Assembly: GCA_965228735.1 (NCBI GenBank)
Contig: OZ245838.1
Span: 2,912,001-2,976,000 of the forward strand
Length of the DNA stretch: 64,000 nt
Direction: 5' to 3'
Origin: Planctomycetota bacterium
GTDB taxonomy: Bacteria; Planctomycetota; UBA1135; UBA2386
Below are positions 20,618 through 30,837 of the stretch, in pieces (the first letter of the stretch is position 1; every line of letters begins with the position of its first letter). The notes under the pieces were generated by a model. The model was not told the origin of the DNA. It did not search any database and was given only the letters and a program-made list of their open reading frames with translations. The translations under genes and the position numbers were made by a program.

Positions 20618-22494
20618 GGATCGGCTGATTGAGAATCGGGCGGGCGCACCTCGACCTCCGTGCCGCCGGTGACGCCGACCGCGACGGGCACGAGGTAGCA
20701 CCAGTCGCGGGTCTCCTGGTCGCCGGCCTCGCTCACGCGAACGATCGCCCGCACGCGCACGCGCAACACCCCGTCGCCGCGTTCTTCGATCGGCACGAGC
20801 ACGGGCGCGTGCTCGGCTTCGAGCTCGACCGTCGTGACGCGCGGCGTCGCGAGCACGGGATCGCGTTCGTCGACGATCACGACCTCCGCCGGCGCGGTGC
20901 CGTCCAGTTCTTCGCCGGCCTCGACCGGCAGATGGATCCGCAGCAGGACATCGCTGAACTCGAGCGCCGCGATCGCCGCCGCGACGACGACCTTCGCGCG
21001 CTCCGGCACGGTGGCCGCATCGGCCGCGGCCGATCGCACCGGCGCGGGCAACGATCGCCCCGCCGCCGGCAACACCGTTCGCGCGACGAGCGGTTCCCGC
21101 GCGAGGTCGAACGCGAACACCGCGTCGGCGCCCGCGTCCGCGACGTAGAGCTCGCCGTCGTGGAACGTCAGACCGACAGGCTCGATGAGACCATGGCTCG
21201 CATCGAGCACCGGCTCCGGCCGACCGTCGCCGCCGGGCGCGATGCGAACGATGGCGGGGCGGTAGCTCAGCGCCGCGTAGACCGCCTGCTCGCCACCGTC
21301 CTCGGCGGCCGGCCCGAACGCGACCGCGACCGGGCGGTCGAGTCCCTGCGCGATCGTCTCGCAGAAGTTGTGGCCGAGCTCGACGATCCGCACCCCGTCG
21401 TTGCCGGCATCCGCGACGGCGAGCAGGTGATCGTTCCCGGCGATGCCGCGCGGTTCCGAGAACTCGGCCTCCTCCCCGCCGTCGACGAGCCCACGCGAGC
21501 CCGTGCCCACCCACGCCGATGCCGCGCGCGTCTCGGGGTCGAACTGCCAGATCTGGTGCGTCCCGGCCTGCGCGAAATACGCGCCCGTCGAACCGCCCGC
21601 ACCGGTGAGCCCGCTCGGCAGCGCGAGTTCCTGCTCCTCGCCGAAGCCACCGCCGTACGGATCCGAGCCGCACTCGCCGGTGCCGAGCACGATCTCGGCC
21701 GTGCCCGCGCGTTCGACCGACCAGAGTGCGTGCCGCCCCCAATCCGATACGAGCACGTGGTCCTCGGTCGCGACGATCGCGGTCGGCCAGCGCGGCCCGG
21801 CGATCTCCGCCGCGACCTCGCCCTTCACGGTTACCGCGAGCACCGATCCACGCGATCGCGAGCCGACCCACAACGTGTCGCCATCGCTCGCGATCGCCGT
21901 CGGCGCGAGCGCAGCGGCCGGCTCGTCCACCACCCCGGGCCCGCGCGGCGTGCCGAAGAGCACCAGGTCGTGCCGTTCGACGCGCCCCTCGTCACGCGCC
22001 CCGCGATCGTCCGCTTCGCGCAGGAGCTGATCGACGGCGGCGAGCAACCGCCGCGGCTCGAGCAGCCCGTGACCGACGAAGCGGATCGCACCGATCGCGT
22101 CGACGAGCACGACGGCCGGCAGTGCCCGCAGTCCACAGCGGCGCACGAACTCCCGCGACTCGTCGATGGCGATGGTGACCGAAGCGCGCGCGAACCGCAC
22201 GGCGCGGGCGAGCCGCGCCGGGTCGCGTTCGGCCGCGAGCACCGGCGAATGCACCGCGAGCGCCGCGATCGTCGGTCGCTCGGCAGCGAGCTCGGCGAGC
22301 AGTCCGAGCGCGACCTCCGAGACGGCGCAGCCGAGCCGCCACGGCAGCACGATCGCGACCGAATCGCGCAGCGCGGTGTGGACGACGAGCGGCGGCCGAT
22401 CGAGGCACGACAACGTGAGCGAGAGCTCGGACAGCCTGGTCGGCGCTTGCGCGGGCACCCACGCAGTAGACCGACAGCCGGGACTCGGGTCCAC
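20602..22494 (-). CDS. Thioredoxin-like plus NHL-repeat protein (NHLRC2/SOQ1-like)
   Basis: VHSP and LPAVVLVD...G (Trx-like); NHL repeats including AGTHQIW and FSEPRGI...VADAGN. Confidence 0.75.
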   Translation of the reverse strand: MDPSPGCRSTAWVPAQAPTRLSELSLTLSCLDRPPLVVHTALRDSVAIVLPWRLGCAVSEVALGLLAELAAERPTIAALAVHSPVLAAERDPARLARAVRFARASVTIAIDESREFVRRCGLRALPAVVLVDAIGAIRFVGHGLLEPRRLLAAVDQLLREADDRGARDEGRVERHDLVLFGTPRGPGVVDEPAAALAPTAIASDGDTLWVGSRSRGSVLAVTVKGEVAAEIAGPRWPTAIVATEDHVLVSDWGRHALWSVERAGTAEIVLGTGECGSDPYGGGFGEEQELALPSGLTGAGGSTGAYFAQAGTHQIWQFDPETRAASAWVGTGSRGLVDGGEEAEFSEPRGIAGNDHLLAVADAGNDGVRIVELGHNFCETIAQGLDRPVAVAFGPAAEDGGEQAVYAALSYRPAIVRIAPGGDGRPEPVLDASHGLIEPVGLTFHDGELYVADAGADAVFAFDLAREPLVARTVLPAAGRSLPAPVRSAAADAATVPERAKVVVAAAIAALEFSDVLLRIHLPVEAGEELDGTAPAEVVIVDERDPVLATPRVTTVELEAEHAPVLVPIEERGDGVLRVRVRAIVRVSEAGDQETRDWCYLVPVAVGVTGGTEVEVRPPDSQSADPHSGD

Positions 22495-22510
22495 GGCCGA
22501 GCGCCGTGGC

Positions 22511-22574
22511 GTCAGTTCACCGGGGTGTCAGTTCGGGGCGGCGTCAGCTCGCTGGGGCGTCATTTCGCGGCGGG
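22511..22574. repeat. Degenerate 16-bp tandem repeat x4 overlapping the glpD stop
   Basis: Units starting with GTCA at 22511, 22527, 22543 and 22559. Confidence 0.7.
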
Positions 22575-24176
22575 GGCGCCGCGCCACGAATCGAGCGCGC
22601 CGCGCATCACCTCCGCCTCGGCCTCGACCTCGACGATCTCGTCCGCGCCGCGATCGTGCTGCGCCACGCGGCCGAACAGCGCATGCGCCCGCCGCAGACA
22701 CGAACGTTCGAGACACGGTCCGCGCGGGTCGACGAGGCGCCGCAGCAGCACGTCGGCGAGCTTGACGACGCCGGTCTCCGCCGTCGCGTAGAGCAGTTCG
22801 GCCGCGAGGAACGGGCGGTGCGGGCAGAGCGGCTCGGCGAGCGTGCGGTCGCGCGCGGCGATCTCCCAGACCCGGCTCGCGAGCGCCCCGTGGCGCCACC
22901 ACAGCGGATCGTCGAACTCGCGCGGTCCGTCGCCGCCCGGCAGCGCGACCGTGCGCGTCGGCGATCGGCGCGACTTGCCGAACAGGCTCGCGACCGTGCG
23001 CTCGGCGAACGCGCGGTGCGTCGTGAGCTTGCCGCCGACGACCGTGTGCATGTCGCCGCACGCGATCGATTCGGTCACCGTGAACGCCTCGCGGCTGACG
23101 CCGCCGGCCGGCCCCTCGACCGCGGGCAGCGCGCGCCAGCCCGCATACGCGAACTCGAGATCGTTCGCACGAGGCGCGGGCTCGAGCAGCCAGCCCAGTG
23201 CAGCCTGCAGATAGTCGAGGTCCGCGGCCGGCGGCCCGGTCTCGTCGCCGTCGAGCTCGTCATCGACGTCGGTCGTGCCACAGATCGTGCCGCCCGGATG
23301 CGGAATGACGAACTGGATCCGGCCGTCGGGCAGGAACGCCGTGAGCGCGGTCTCGCCCAGGCGCGCGGGCAGGATCACGTGACTGCCGCGCGTGAGCCGC
23401 ACGAGCGGGTCGCCGTCCAGCCCTGCCGTTCTGCGCACGGCGTCGACGGCCGGACCGGTCGCGTTGATCACGTGCTTGGTCGCGAGGTGGACCTCGTCGC
23501 CCGTGATGCGGTCGAGCAGCCGCACGGAGCCCCGATCGACGCCGAGGAACCCGCAGTGGTTGACGACCCGCGCGCCAGCGGCGGCCGCCGCCATCACGTT
23601 CGCGAGCGTGAGGTCCGTGTCACGCGTCGCCGCGTCGAAGAACTCGAGCGCCGACTTCAGCCCCGTCGTTCGCAGCCCCGGGAACGCGCGCGCCGCATCC
23701 GCGGCGCGCACGAGCCGCGGCCCGGGCAGCGTGCTCCTGCCCGCGAGCTTGCGGTAGAGCTTGGTGCCGAACCACATCAACCACCGCGGCGACGGCGAGG
23801 CTCGGCGCACGGGTTCGCCGAACGGCGCGAACTCGACGGCATCCGCACCCCGTTCGCGGAAGAACGGCATCAGCATCGGCAGCGGCCGGACGAGATGCGG
23901 CACCTGCCGGAGCAGCCGTTCGCGTTCGACGAGCGCCTCGCGCACGAGCGCGAACTGGGCATCACGCAGATACCGCAGACCGCCGTGCACGAGCCGGGAG
24001 CTGCGCGAGCTCGTTCCCGCGGCGAAATCGCGTGCATCGCAGAGCACGACGGACAGCCCGCGCATCGCGGCATCCCGCGCGATCGCCGCGCCCTGGATCC
24101 CGGCCCCGATCACGAGCAGGTCCGCGCTGGTGTCGTGAAGCTCTCGCGGATCGGTACGCACGCCCGTAGTAAGCAT
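22560..24176 (-). CDS. glpD: FAD-dependent glycerol-3-phosphate dehydrogenase/oxidase
   Basis: IGAGIQG, GTSSRSSRLVHGGLRYL, INATGP, GTTD and GGKLTTHR motifs. Confidence 0.9.
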   Translation of the reverse strand: MLTTGVRTDPRELHDTSADLLVIGAGIQGAAIARDAAMRGLSVVLCDARDFAAGTSSRSSRLVHGGLRYLRDAQFALVREALVERERLLRQVPHLVRPLPMLMPFFRERGADAVEFAPFGEPVRRASPSPRWLMWFGTKLYRKLAGRSTLPGPRLVRAADAARAFPGLRTTGLKSALEFFDAATRDTDLTLANVMAAAAAGARVVNHCGFLGVDRGSVRLLDRITGDEVHLATKHVINATGPAVDAVRRTAGLDGDPLVRLTRGSHVILPARLGETALTAFLPDGRIQFVIPHPGGTICGTTDVDDELDGDETGPPAADLDYLQAALGWLLEPAPRANDLEFAYAGWRALPAVEGPAGGVSREAFTVTESIACGDMHTVVGGKLTTHRAFAERTVASLFGKSRRSPTRTVALPGGDGPREFDDPLWWRHGALASRVWEIAARDRTLAEPLCPHRPFLAAELLYATAETGVVKLADVLLRRLVDPRGPCLERSCLRRAHALFGRVAQHDRGADEIVEVEAEAEVMRGALDSWRGAPAAK

Positions 24177-24337
24177 AGGTTCCTTCCCCCCCTCGGGTCA
24201 CTACCGGACAGCGGTCGGTCGTCGGCTTCGGCGAGACACTCCGGGGCGCGGGTTTGGAAGCGCTCGCGCCTCGGGGGGAGGAACGACGTGGCAGCCTGGG
24301 GTGAGCGGGCGGCCGGCCGCTGTTTCTGACCGGTCGC

Positions 24338-25282
24338 CTACTCGGGCTTGCGGGCGATCAGGTGCAAGTCCTCGCCGCCGCGGCAGAAGCGGCAGAGCCG
24401 GTGCGGCCACAAGCCGTTGCAGACGAAGTAGGCCCAGCGGGTGCGGTTGAGGAAGTCGATGTACGGCTGGGGTTCGAGCCGGCCGCCGGGCGGAACGCCG
24501 CAACGCCGAGCGAGCCAGCGCGACAGACCGAAGCGGGCGCAGAGATCGTGCAGCAACCGGGGGTCGTGCCAGTAGCTCCAGGTCTCGACCCGGGCGACGT
24601 GAAAGCCCGCGTCCTGCACGAGCCGCCGCAGGTGCTTCGTCGAGAAGTGCGAGACGTGCTCGTCCGTGATGCCGTAGCCGAAGTGCTTGCCGAACAGCTT
24701 CGCCTTCCACGAGCCGTGGTTGGGCAACGACTGGTACATCACGCCGCCCGGCGCGAGCACGTCGAACACCTGGCGCACGACCCGGTCCGGCTCGGGCACG
24801 TGCTCGAGCGTGTGGTGCATGAGCACGGCGTCCATCGACGCCGGCTCGAACCCCGCGCGCTCGAGCGGCTCGTCGCGGACGTCGAGGCCGTGCCGATCGC
24901 GCGCGACGGCAACGGCCGCGGCCGACAGCTCGATCCCGAACGGCTCCCAGCCGCGCTCGCGCGCGACGACGAGCGACGTGCCGATCGAACAACCGACGTC
25001 GAGCAGCTTGCCCCGCGCCCGACCCGGCGTCCCGTGCGACTCGATCGCGGCCAGGATCGTCGCGAACCGTTCGAGGTTGGCCTCGTGATCCTGCTCGGCG
25101 GCCGCGGCGCTGAGCGTGTCGGCGGCGTAGAACCGGTCGAGGTCACCGTCGCCCGGTCCCGCGTCCGCCATCCGCGAGAAGCCGCACGCGCGGCAGCGCT
25201 CGAACCGATGCCCGACCGCTTCGAACGTCGCGCGAAACGTCGTCCCGCGGCACACCGGGCATGGTTCAGCGTTCGAAGTCAA
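24338..25282 (-). CDS. Class I SAM-dependent methyltransferase with N-terminal zinc ribbon
   Basis: CPVC...CRAC; LLDVGCSIG, HTLEHVPEP and LAPGG. Confidence 0.9.
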   Translation of the reverse strand: MTSNAEPCPVCRGTTFRATFEAVGHRFERCRACGFSRMADAGPGDGDLDRFYAADTLSAAAAEQDHEANLERFATILAAIESHGTPGRARGKLLDVGCSIGTSLVVARERGWEPFGIELSAAAVAVARDRHGLDVRDEPLERAGFEPASMDAVLMHHTLEHVPEPDRVVRQVFDVLAPGGVMYQSLPNHGSWKAKLFGKHFGYGITDEHVSHFSTKHLRRLVQDAGFHVARVETWSYWHDPRLLHDLCARFGLSRWLARRCGVPPGGRLEPQPYIDFLNRTRWAYFVCNGLWPHRLCRFCRGGEDLHLIARKPE

Positions 25283-25511
25283 GGCTCGTCAGGACGGTAG
25301 CGCGAACCTCCGGCGACGGGACTGCTCTTGTCATGGAAATCGGCGGCATCCGAGGCGCCGCGACGTGCTACCGCTGCCTCCAAGGTCTTGCCGCCGATCA
25401 CGTTTTGCGAATCGACGAGCGCAACGTGAACGGTTTTTCGCGAAACGGGCTGCGGGCCGGGACCACGAACGGCGCGTTGCGGTTGCCAGTTCGGCAAACG
25501 AGCAACCCACC

Positions 25512-27227
25512 ATGCCCATCACGCAACCCCTCTCGTTCCGTTTCGCGATCTCGAGTCTCCTCGGTCTCGCGGTCCCCCTCTCCGCCCAACAGACTCTGCA
25601 CCGGCTCGAAGGGCTCACGGCCGGCGATCGGATCGGCCATTCGGTCTGCGGGTTCGACAACGCCAACGGCCAGCACGTCGTGCTCGCCGGCAGCCCGACC
25701 GGAGTCTACTTCGGAACGCCGGGCGGCCTGGTCCAGGCAACGGCGATCACCACGACGACCAAGAGCACGCTGTTCTGGCCGCTCAATGGCCTGAGCGGCG
25801 ACGACTACGGCGAGGTACTTGCCCTCGGTGAGCCCGGCACGTTCCTCGTGAGCAAGCCAGGCTATGACGGCGGTGGCGGAATGGGCAGCGGTGCCGTCGA
25901 ACTCTGTGATCGCGCGTCCGGTGCGACGATCGCAGTGCTCGACGGCACGATCGCGGGAGCGGCCTTCGGGCGCGATGCCTGCTTCCTTGGAGACGTGAAC
26001 AACGACGGGATCTCGGACTACGCCCTTGGATCCGACGATCAACCCATACACTACTGCACCTACTCATCACGCCCGCGAGGCGCAGCGATGGTCGTCTCTC
26101 ACACAGCCGGAACGGTGTCGATTCTGGGCAACATCTTCGGCAACTGCGGCTGCTCGTGGGGCTACGCATGGTCCCACATCATCGGTGACGCCATCGCGGC
26201 GCCCGGCGACCTCACCGGCGACGGTGTGGACGACATCCTGCTCGGCTCGCAAGATTGCGACGCCGTCTACGTGGCAACGTGGGACGCGACAGCCAACGCG
26301 TTCACGTGGCATGGCACGGCGATACCCGGTCCCAACTTGTTCGGCGCCGAGATCTGCGTCCTCGGCGACCTGAACGGCGACGGCGTCAACGACTTCGCCG
26401 TCGGCGCGCCCGGAGCCGGAGAGGTCCAGATCATCGACGGTAGCGCCCGCACCGTCCTGCGGTCCTGGACCGGCGCGGGCTCCAACACCGAGTTCGGCAC
26501 GGTGATGAGCCGCCTCGACGACCACGACGGCGACGGTCTTCCCGAACTCGTCGTCGGCGCGCCCGGCGTCGATGGCGGCCGCGGCGAGGTCTACGTCCTG
26601 TCCACGGGCACGGGGCAACTGCTTGCCGTGCTGCGCGGCAACGATCCGACGGGACGCTTCGGCGCCAGCGTCGCGACGATGCCGGACGTCACGGGCGACT
26701 CGCTCGACGAGGTCCTCGTGGGCGCTCCCGACGCGGATCCCCAGGGCCGCACCGATGCCGGCGAAGTCACCGTCCACACGTTCGACACTTACATGCCCGG
26801 CCTGCGGGTCGAGTTCGGCGCCGGGTGTACGCCGCCCCCGTTCGCCGGACCTGCGCCGCTACTGAGCACATCGCTGGGCCAACCCCGTCGCGGCGAGCTC
26901 TGGCGATTCGGCGTCCGCCGGGGCACGCCCGGCCGACTCGCGATCTTCGCGCTGGACATGGCTGCGCTGCCGATCCCGACGCCGTTCTGCACGTTCTCGC
27001 CGGTGTTCCCGTGCAACTGCCAACTGTTCGTGAATCCAACCCTGACCGGCAACATGCCGATCACGTCGCCGACCACGGATCAATCGGCGGGCGCGGGCAT
27101 CGGCGAATACGAGATGGCGATTCCGAGCAGCACGACCCTGCAAGGCCTGCCGGTCTATTGGCAGTGCTACATGCTGACGGGAATCCCGGGTCCGCTGACA
27201 CGCGGGATGGAAGTGTTCATCCAGTGA
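25512..27227 (+). CDS. Secreted FG-GAP / integrin-alpha-like beta-propeller protein
   Basis: Signal peptide ending LSAQ; repeated GDxxGDGxxD..VGAP units. Confidence 0.9.
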   Translation: MPITQPLSFRFAISSLLGLAVPLSAQQTLHRLEGLTAGDRIGHSVCGFDNANGQHVVLAGSPTGVYFGTPGGLVQATAITTTTKSTLFWPLNGLSGDDYGEVLALGEPGTFLVSKPGYDGGGGMGSGAVELCDRASGATIAVLDGTIAGAAFGRDACFLGDVNNDGISDYALGSDDQPIHYCTYSSRPRGAAMVVSHTAGTVSILGNIFGNCGCSWGYAWSHIIGDAIAAPGDLTGDGVDDILLGSQDCDAVYVATWDATANAFTWHGTAIPGPNLFGAEICVLGDLNGDGVNDFAVGAPGAGEVQIIDGSARTVLRSWTGAGSNTEFGTVMSRLDDHDGDGLPELVVGAPGVDGGRGEVYVLSTGTGQLLAVLRGNDPTGRFGASVATMPDVTGDSLDEVLVGAPDADPQGRTDAGEVTVHTFDTYMPGLRVEFGAGCTPPPFAGPAPLLSTSLGQPRRGELWRFGVRRGTPGRLAIFALDMAALPIPTPFCTFSPVFPCNCQLFVNPTLTGNMPITSPTTDQSAGAGIGEYEMAIPSSTTLQGLPVYWQCYMLTGIPGPLTRGMEVFIQ

Positions 27228-27239
27228 CGCCCGACAGCG

Positions 27240-30005
27240 TCACTTCGCTTCGACCGTGACGCGATAGACCCGCATCGTCGTCTCACTCGCCTCCGCGAGC
27301 CGCAGTTCGAAGACGTGCGGCCCGGGGGCGAGCCACGGCGACAGCACGATCTCGATCGACGTCGGGCCGCGGGCCGGGGTCGCCATGGTCTGGACGACTT
27401 CGCCGTCGAGCAGGAACTCGAGTGCGACGCGACCGGTGCGCGGCAGCCGCGTGCGGCTGCCCTTCTGCAACTCGACCCGCACGCCGACCTGCTGGGCTGG
27501 CGGGCCGGGAGCTTCGAAGGCCATGACGATGGCGGAGCGGCCAGCGACCGGCAGGCGGCAGTACCCGCTCCTCAAGCCACCCGGCTCCGCGTCGATCGTC
27601 GCATCCGTGAGCCAGGCGTCGACGTTGCCAACCCCACTCAACTGCGCCGGCTGTGGCAAGAAGTCCGCGACCACGCGAACCGAGTCGTCGACCGGGGCGG
27701 CTCTCACCCATCGGGGAGCCGAGAACCGAACGGGCCGGACCAGCGCCGCGAGACCCGAATCCCGGTCGGGTCGGTCTTCCGCATGATCGCCCGCGACTCG
27801 CGCGGCAGCCCGTTCCACTCCTTCGTAATACATCCGCAGAGCGGACTCGCCGCTAAAACGGTGCTCGGCCGCCGCGTCCTCGACGAGCGCGCGGCCGCGC
27901 GCAATCGCTTCCGACCCCGGCAACAACCCGAGCCGGCGACCGAATGCCCGGCAACCCCAACTGAGCGCGATCGTGCGCTCGAGCGAGGGCGGAGCAACCA
28001 GCGCAACCGTGTTGAATGCAGGTCCGGCAGCGAGCAGTTCGTCGCGCACGGATGCCCCACCGATGGCTGCGCGCAGTTCCAGCGGCATCTCCGCCGGCGC
28101 CGGCCACTCTGCGGGCAGGGCTTCGCCGCACCGGCGCAACGCCAGGACCCAATCGACCGCGAGCTGCGTGACGGCGTGCCCGACCACTTCCGTAGCGCTC
28201 GCGCCGAAGTCGTCGCCCAGGAGATCGAGGAGCGAGGGTCGGGAGTCGACCAACCACGGACGAGCCGCGGCCCCAGCCCGTCGCACCACCGCTGCCGCCG
28301 CTTCGATCATGACCCGCGCGCACTCCAAGCGCTCCTCGTCCCCGCGATGGTCCATGAGGTCGTCGCGGACCATGCCGAGCAGGCGCACGAACGCACCGTC
28401 CGCCGCTGCACCGCCGATCGCAGCGGCCGCGTACGCGCGGAGGATCGGCCGCTGCTCGCCGGCGAGGACCGACCAACACGCGGCAACGATGGCCGCGTAG
28501 GCCGCGGTTTCGCGGCTGTCCTCCGGCGGCCGCTCATAGAGCAATCGCGCCGCCATCGCGGTTGCAGCCAGGCCACGGTCCCCGCCGGCCGCGATCTCGA
28601 AGGCGAGGAACCGAACCAGCTCGGGTGCCGCCGCCGGACCGTCTCGTCCGATCCAGGCGGCGGCTCGCCGAAGTGCCGCATCGAATCGAGCCGGCTCACC
28701 GAACGGGACGTCGCGCACGATCGCGCGCCACTCCAAGTCGCTCGCCACGGGCTCGGGCAGGTGTTGCCGCCACCACCAGCTCGACCGGGCAGCGGCAATC
28801 GTCGCAAGGTCGCCGACGTCGAATGCCCGCTGCAGCCGGCAGGACTCGAGCCACGTGACAACGCCAATCACCGCAGCCAGCAAACCGAGGATCGCCAGCG
28901 CGACCAGCGTCCGACGCCTTCCCCTCGAGCCGGCTCGACGGTCCAGCGCCCGGGGGTCGATTCGAGAGCCGGCCGCGACGGGCAGCCCCGCGAGCCAACG
29001 CTCGAGATCGGCCGCGAACGCGGCACCATCCCGGTATCGGTGGTCGAGGTCGACGGCCGTCGCACACCGCAGCACCGCCGCGAGCTCGGATGGCACGTCG
29101 GCGATGACGCCACGCTCGGTGTCGCCAGCGCGCGCGCGCCCCAGTAGCAGATCATGCAGCGTCAGTCCGAGCGCGAAGACGTCGGCGCGGGGATCGACGC
29201 TACGACCCTCGCGCTGCTCCGGCGCCGCGTAGGCCAGCGTCGCCGCCGCCGTGTGGGTAGTCGATGTCTCGAATCTGCGTGCGAGACCGAAATCCACGAG
29301 CACTGCCGAGTCGCGCCACGGTGGTGCGATGCTGCCGCCCTCGAGCAGAATGTTGGCCGGCTTGATGTCACGGTGCACGAGACCGACGGCGTGCATCGCG
29401 CCGGCGCCGAGGGCCACCTCGATGATCCGGCGCACGAGATCCGCTCGTTCCGGTCCGGTCGGGGCTCGACCACGAGCAGAGAGGTGCTCCAACACACCCT
29501 GGAGCGTCGGCCCGTCGACGAATTGCATCGCGCACCATGACAGGTTTCGCGCCGTGTCCACGCCCGCCGCGTAGACCGGAACGAGATGCGGGTGGGCAAC
29601 CCGGGCGGCGAACTCGGCCTCACGTTGCGGGCGCGCACCGTCGGATCGCTGCGACGTCACGACCACGGGCACGACCTTGAGCGCCACCTCGCGACCGCCG
29701 ACCGACAGTTGCCGAGCACGAAAAACAACACCGCGACCGCCGTGCGCGTGATATCCAGTCAGTTCGAAGTCATCGACCCGCTCGCCCGGCCCGAGGCCCA
29801 GGTGCGTCGGAGTGGCGATGGGCCCGTCTTCGAGAAAGCCGTCGAGACGCGCGTGCCGCTCGAACATCTCCAGCACGCGCGCGCGCGTCTCGGGATCCGG
29901 ACATTGCTCTCGCAGGAAATCCGCTCGTTCACCCGGCGGCAGTGGGAACGCGGCGGCGAACAGATCGTGGAGCGATCCAGGGCGACGAGAGCTCATCGTG
30001 AGCAT
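27240..30005 (-). CDS. Membrane Ser/Thr protein kinase
   Basis: GGRGVV, VALK, HRDIKPANIL, DFG, YAAPE and DVFALG; TM helix, then a long C-terminal region. Confidence 0.92.
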   Translation of the reverse strand: MLTMSSRRPGSLHDLFAAAFPLPPGERADFLREQCPDPETRARVLEMFERHARLDGFLEDGPIATPTHLGLGPGERVDDFELTGYHAHGGRGVVFRARQLSVGGREVALKVVPVVVTSQRSDGARPQREAEFAARVAHPHLVPVYAAGVDTARNLSWCAMQFVDGPTLQGVLEHLSARGRAPTGPERADLVRRIIEVALGAGAMHAVGLVHRDIKPANILLEGGSIAPPWRDSAVLVDFGLARRFETSTTHTAAATLAYAAPEQREGRSVDPRADVFALGLTLHDLLLGRARAGDTERGVIADVPSELAAVLRCATAVDLDHRYRDGAAFAADLERWLAGLPVAAGSRIDPRALDRRAGSRGRRRTLVALAILGLLAAVIGVVTWLESCRLQRAFDVGDLATIAAARSSWWWRQHLPEPVASDLEWRAIVRDVPFGEPARFDAALRRAAAWIGRDGPAAAPELVRFLAFEIAAGGDRGLAATAMAARLLYERPPEDSRETAAYAAIVAACWSVLAGEQRPILRAYAAAAIGGAAADGAFVRLLGMVRDDLMDHRGDEERLECARVMIEAAAAVVRRAGAAARPWLVDSRPSLLDLLGDDFGASATEVVGHAVTQLAVDWVLALRRCGEALPAEWPAPAEMPLELRAAIGGASVRDELLAAGPAFNTVALVAPPSLERTIALSWGCRAFGRRLGLLPGSEAIARGRALVEDAAAEHRFSGESALRMYYEGVERAAARVAGDHAEDRPDRDSGLAALVRPVRFSAPRWVRAAPVDDSVRVVADFLPQPAQLSGVGNVDAWLTDATIDAEPGGLRSGYCRLPVAGRSAIVMAFEAPGPPAQQVGVRVELQKGSRTRLPRTGRVALEFLLDGEVVQTMATPARGPTSIEIVLSPWLAPGPHVFELRLAEASETTMRVYRVTVEAK

Positions 30006-30115
30006 CGCCCCCTTCCGGCCCCACTCCCGGTCTCGTAATGTGATCGGCGCGCGGCGTCAGGCCAGCCAGGGTCGGGCCAGCCAGCCTCAGACCAGCAGAC
30101 CGAGGAGTTCCTGAG

Positions 30116-30685
30116 TTGACGATTGCGACGGGACCGAACCACGAGGTAACCAGCCTCCTGACGATGGTAGAGCGCGGTGACCGCGACGCCATCGAACTGC
30201 TCTACCCCCTCGTCCTCGACACGCTCCACGCCCGCGCAGTCGAGTTGCTCGCCGGGCGCCGGGACGGAGGTCAATGGCAACCAACCGCAGTCGTCTCCGA
30301 GGCCTACTGGCGACTCATCGGGCAACGGGCCACGACGTGGCAGAACCGCCAGCACTTTCACCAGATCGCAGCCATCGCCATGCGACGAATCGTCTCTGAC
30401 TGGGCGCGGCACGAGCTCCGGCAGAAGCGGGGTGGCGGTCGGCGCGTCAGCTTGCCCGCCGGCCTGGCAGCCAATGGGTTGTCGGTCGATCAGGTCGTCT
30501 GCCTCGACGAACTCCTCGAATTGCTCGGCGAGGAGCACGCCCGCAGTGCAAAGGTCGTCGAACTGCGCTGTTTCGGCGGAATGCTGATGCCCGACGTGGC
30601 GGAGGCGCTGGCCGTCAGCCAGCGCACGGTCGAAATCGACTGGCAGTTCGCACGAACGTGGCTGCATAAGCGAATCGTGGGCTGA
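30116..30685 (+). CDS. ECF sigma factor, kinase-associated (TIGR02999-like)
   Basis: QPTAVVSEAYWRL, NRQHF...AMRRI, QKRGG, VVELRCFGG and DWQFARTWL. Confidence 0.92.
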   Translation: MTIATGPNHEVTSLLTMVERGDRDAIELLYPLVLDTLHARAVELLAGRRDGGQWQPTAVVSEAYWRLIGQRATTWQNRQHFHQIAAIAMRRIVSDWARHELRQKRGGGRRVSLPAGLAANGLSVDQVVCLDELLELLGEEHARSAKVVELRCFGGMLMPDVAEALAVSQRTVEIDWQFARTWLHKRIVG

Positions 30686-30837
30686 TCACCTCGCACTCGA
30701 TGCGGGAGTCTGGCACCCGCCACTCTCCACGCGACGGATCCAGGCTAGAACCGCAGTGATTCTCGCGAGTCGAGTCTCGCGAGCCCGTGTTTCACGATTC
30801 ACAGGTGATGCCAGCCCGACCGCTGCCCACCACCCGC

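Noticed and set aside
25283..30837. Mobile element boundaries around the kinase/ECF block
   Set aside because: No integrase, transposase, tRNA target or flanking direct repeat found by eye; only a subjective codon-usage shift.
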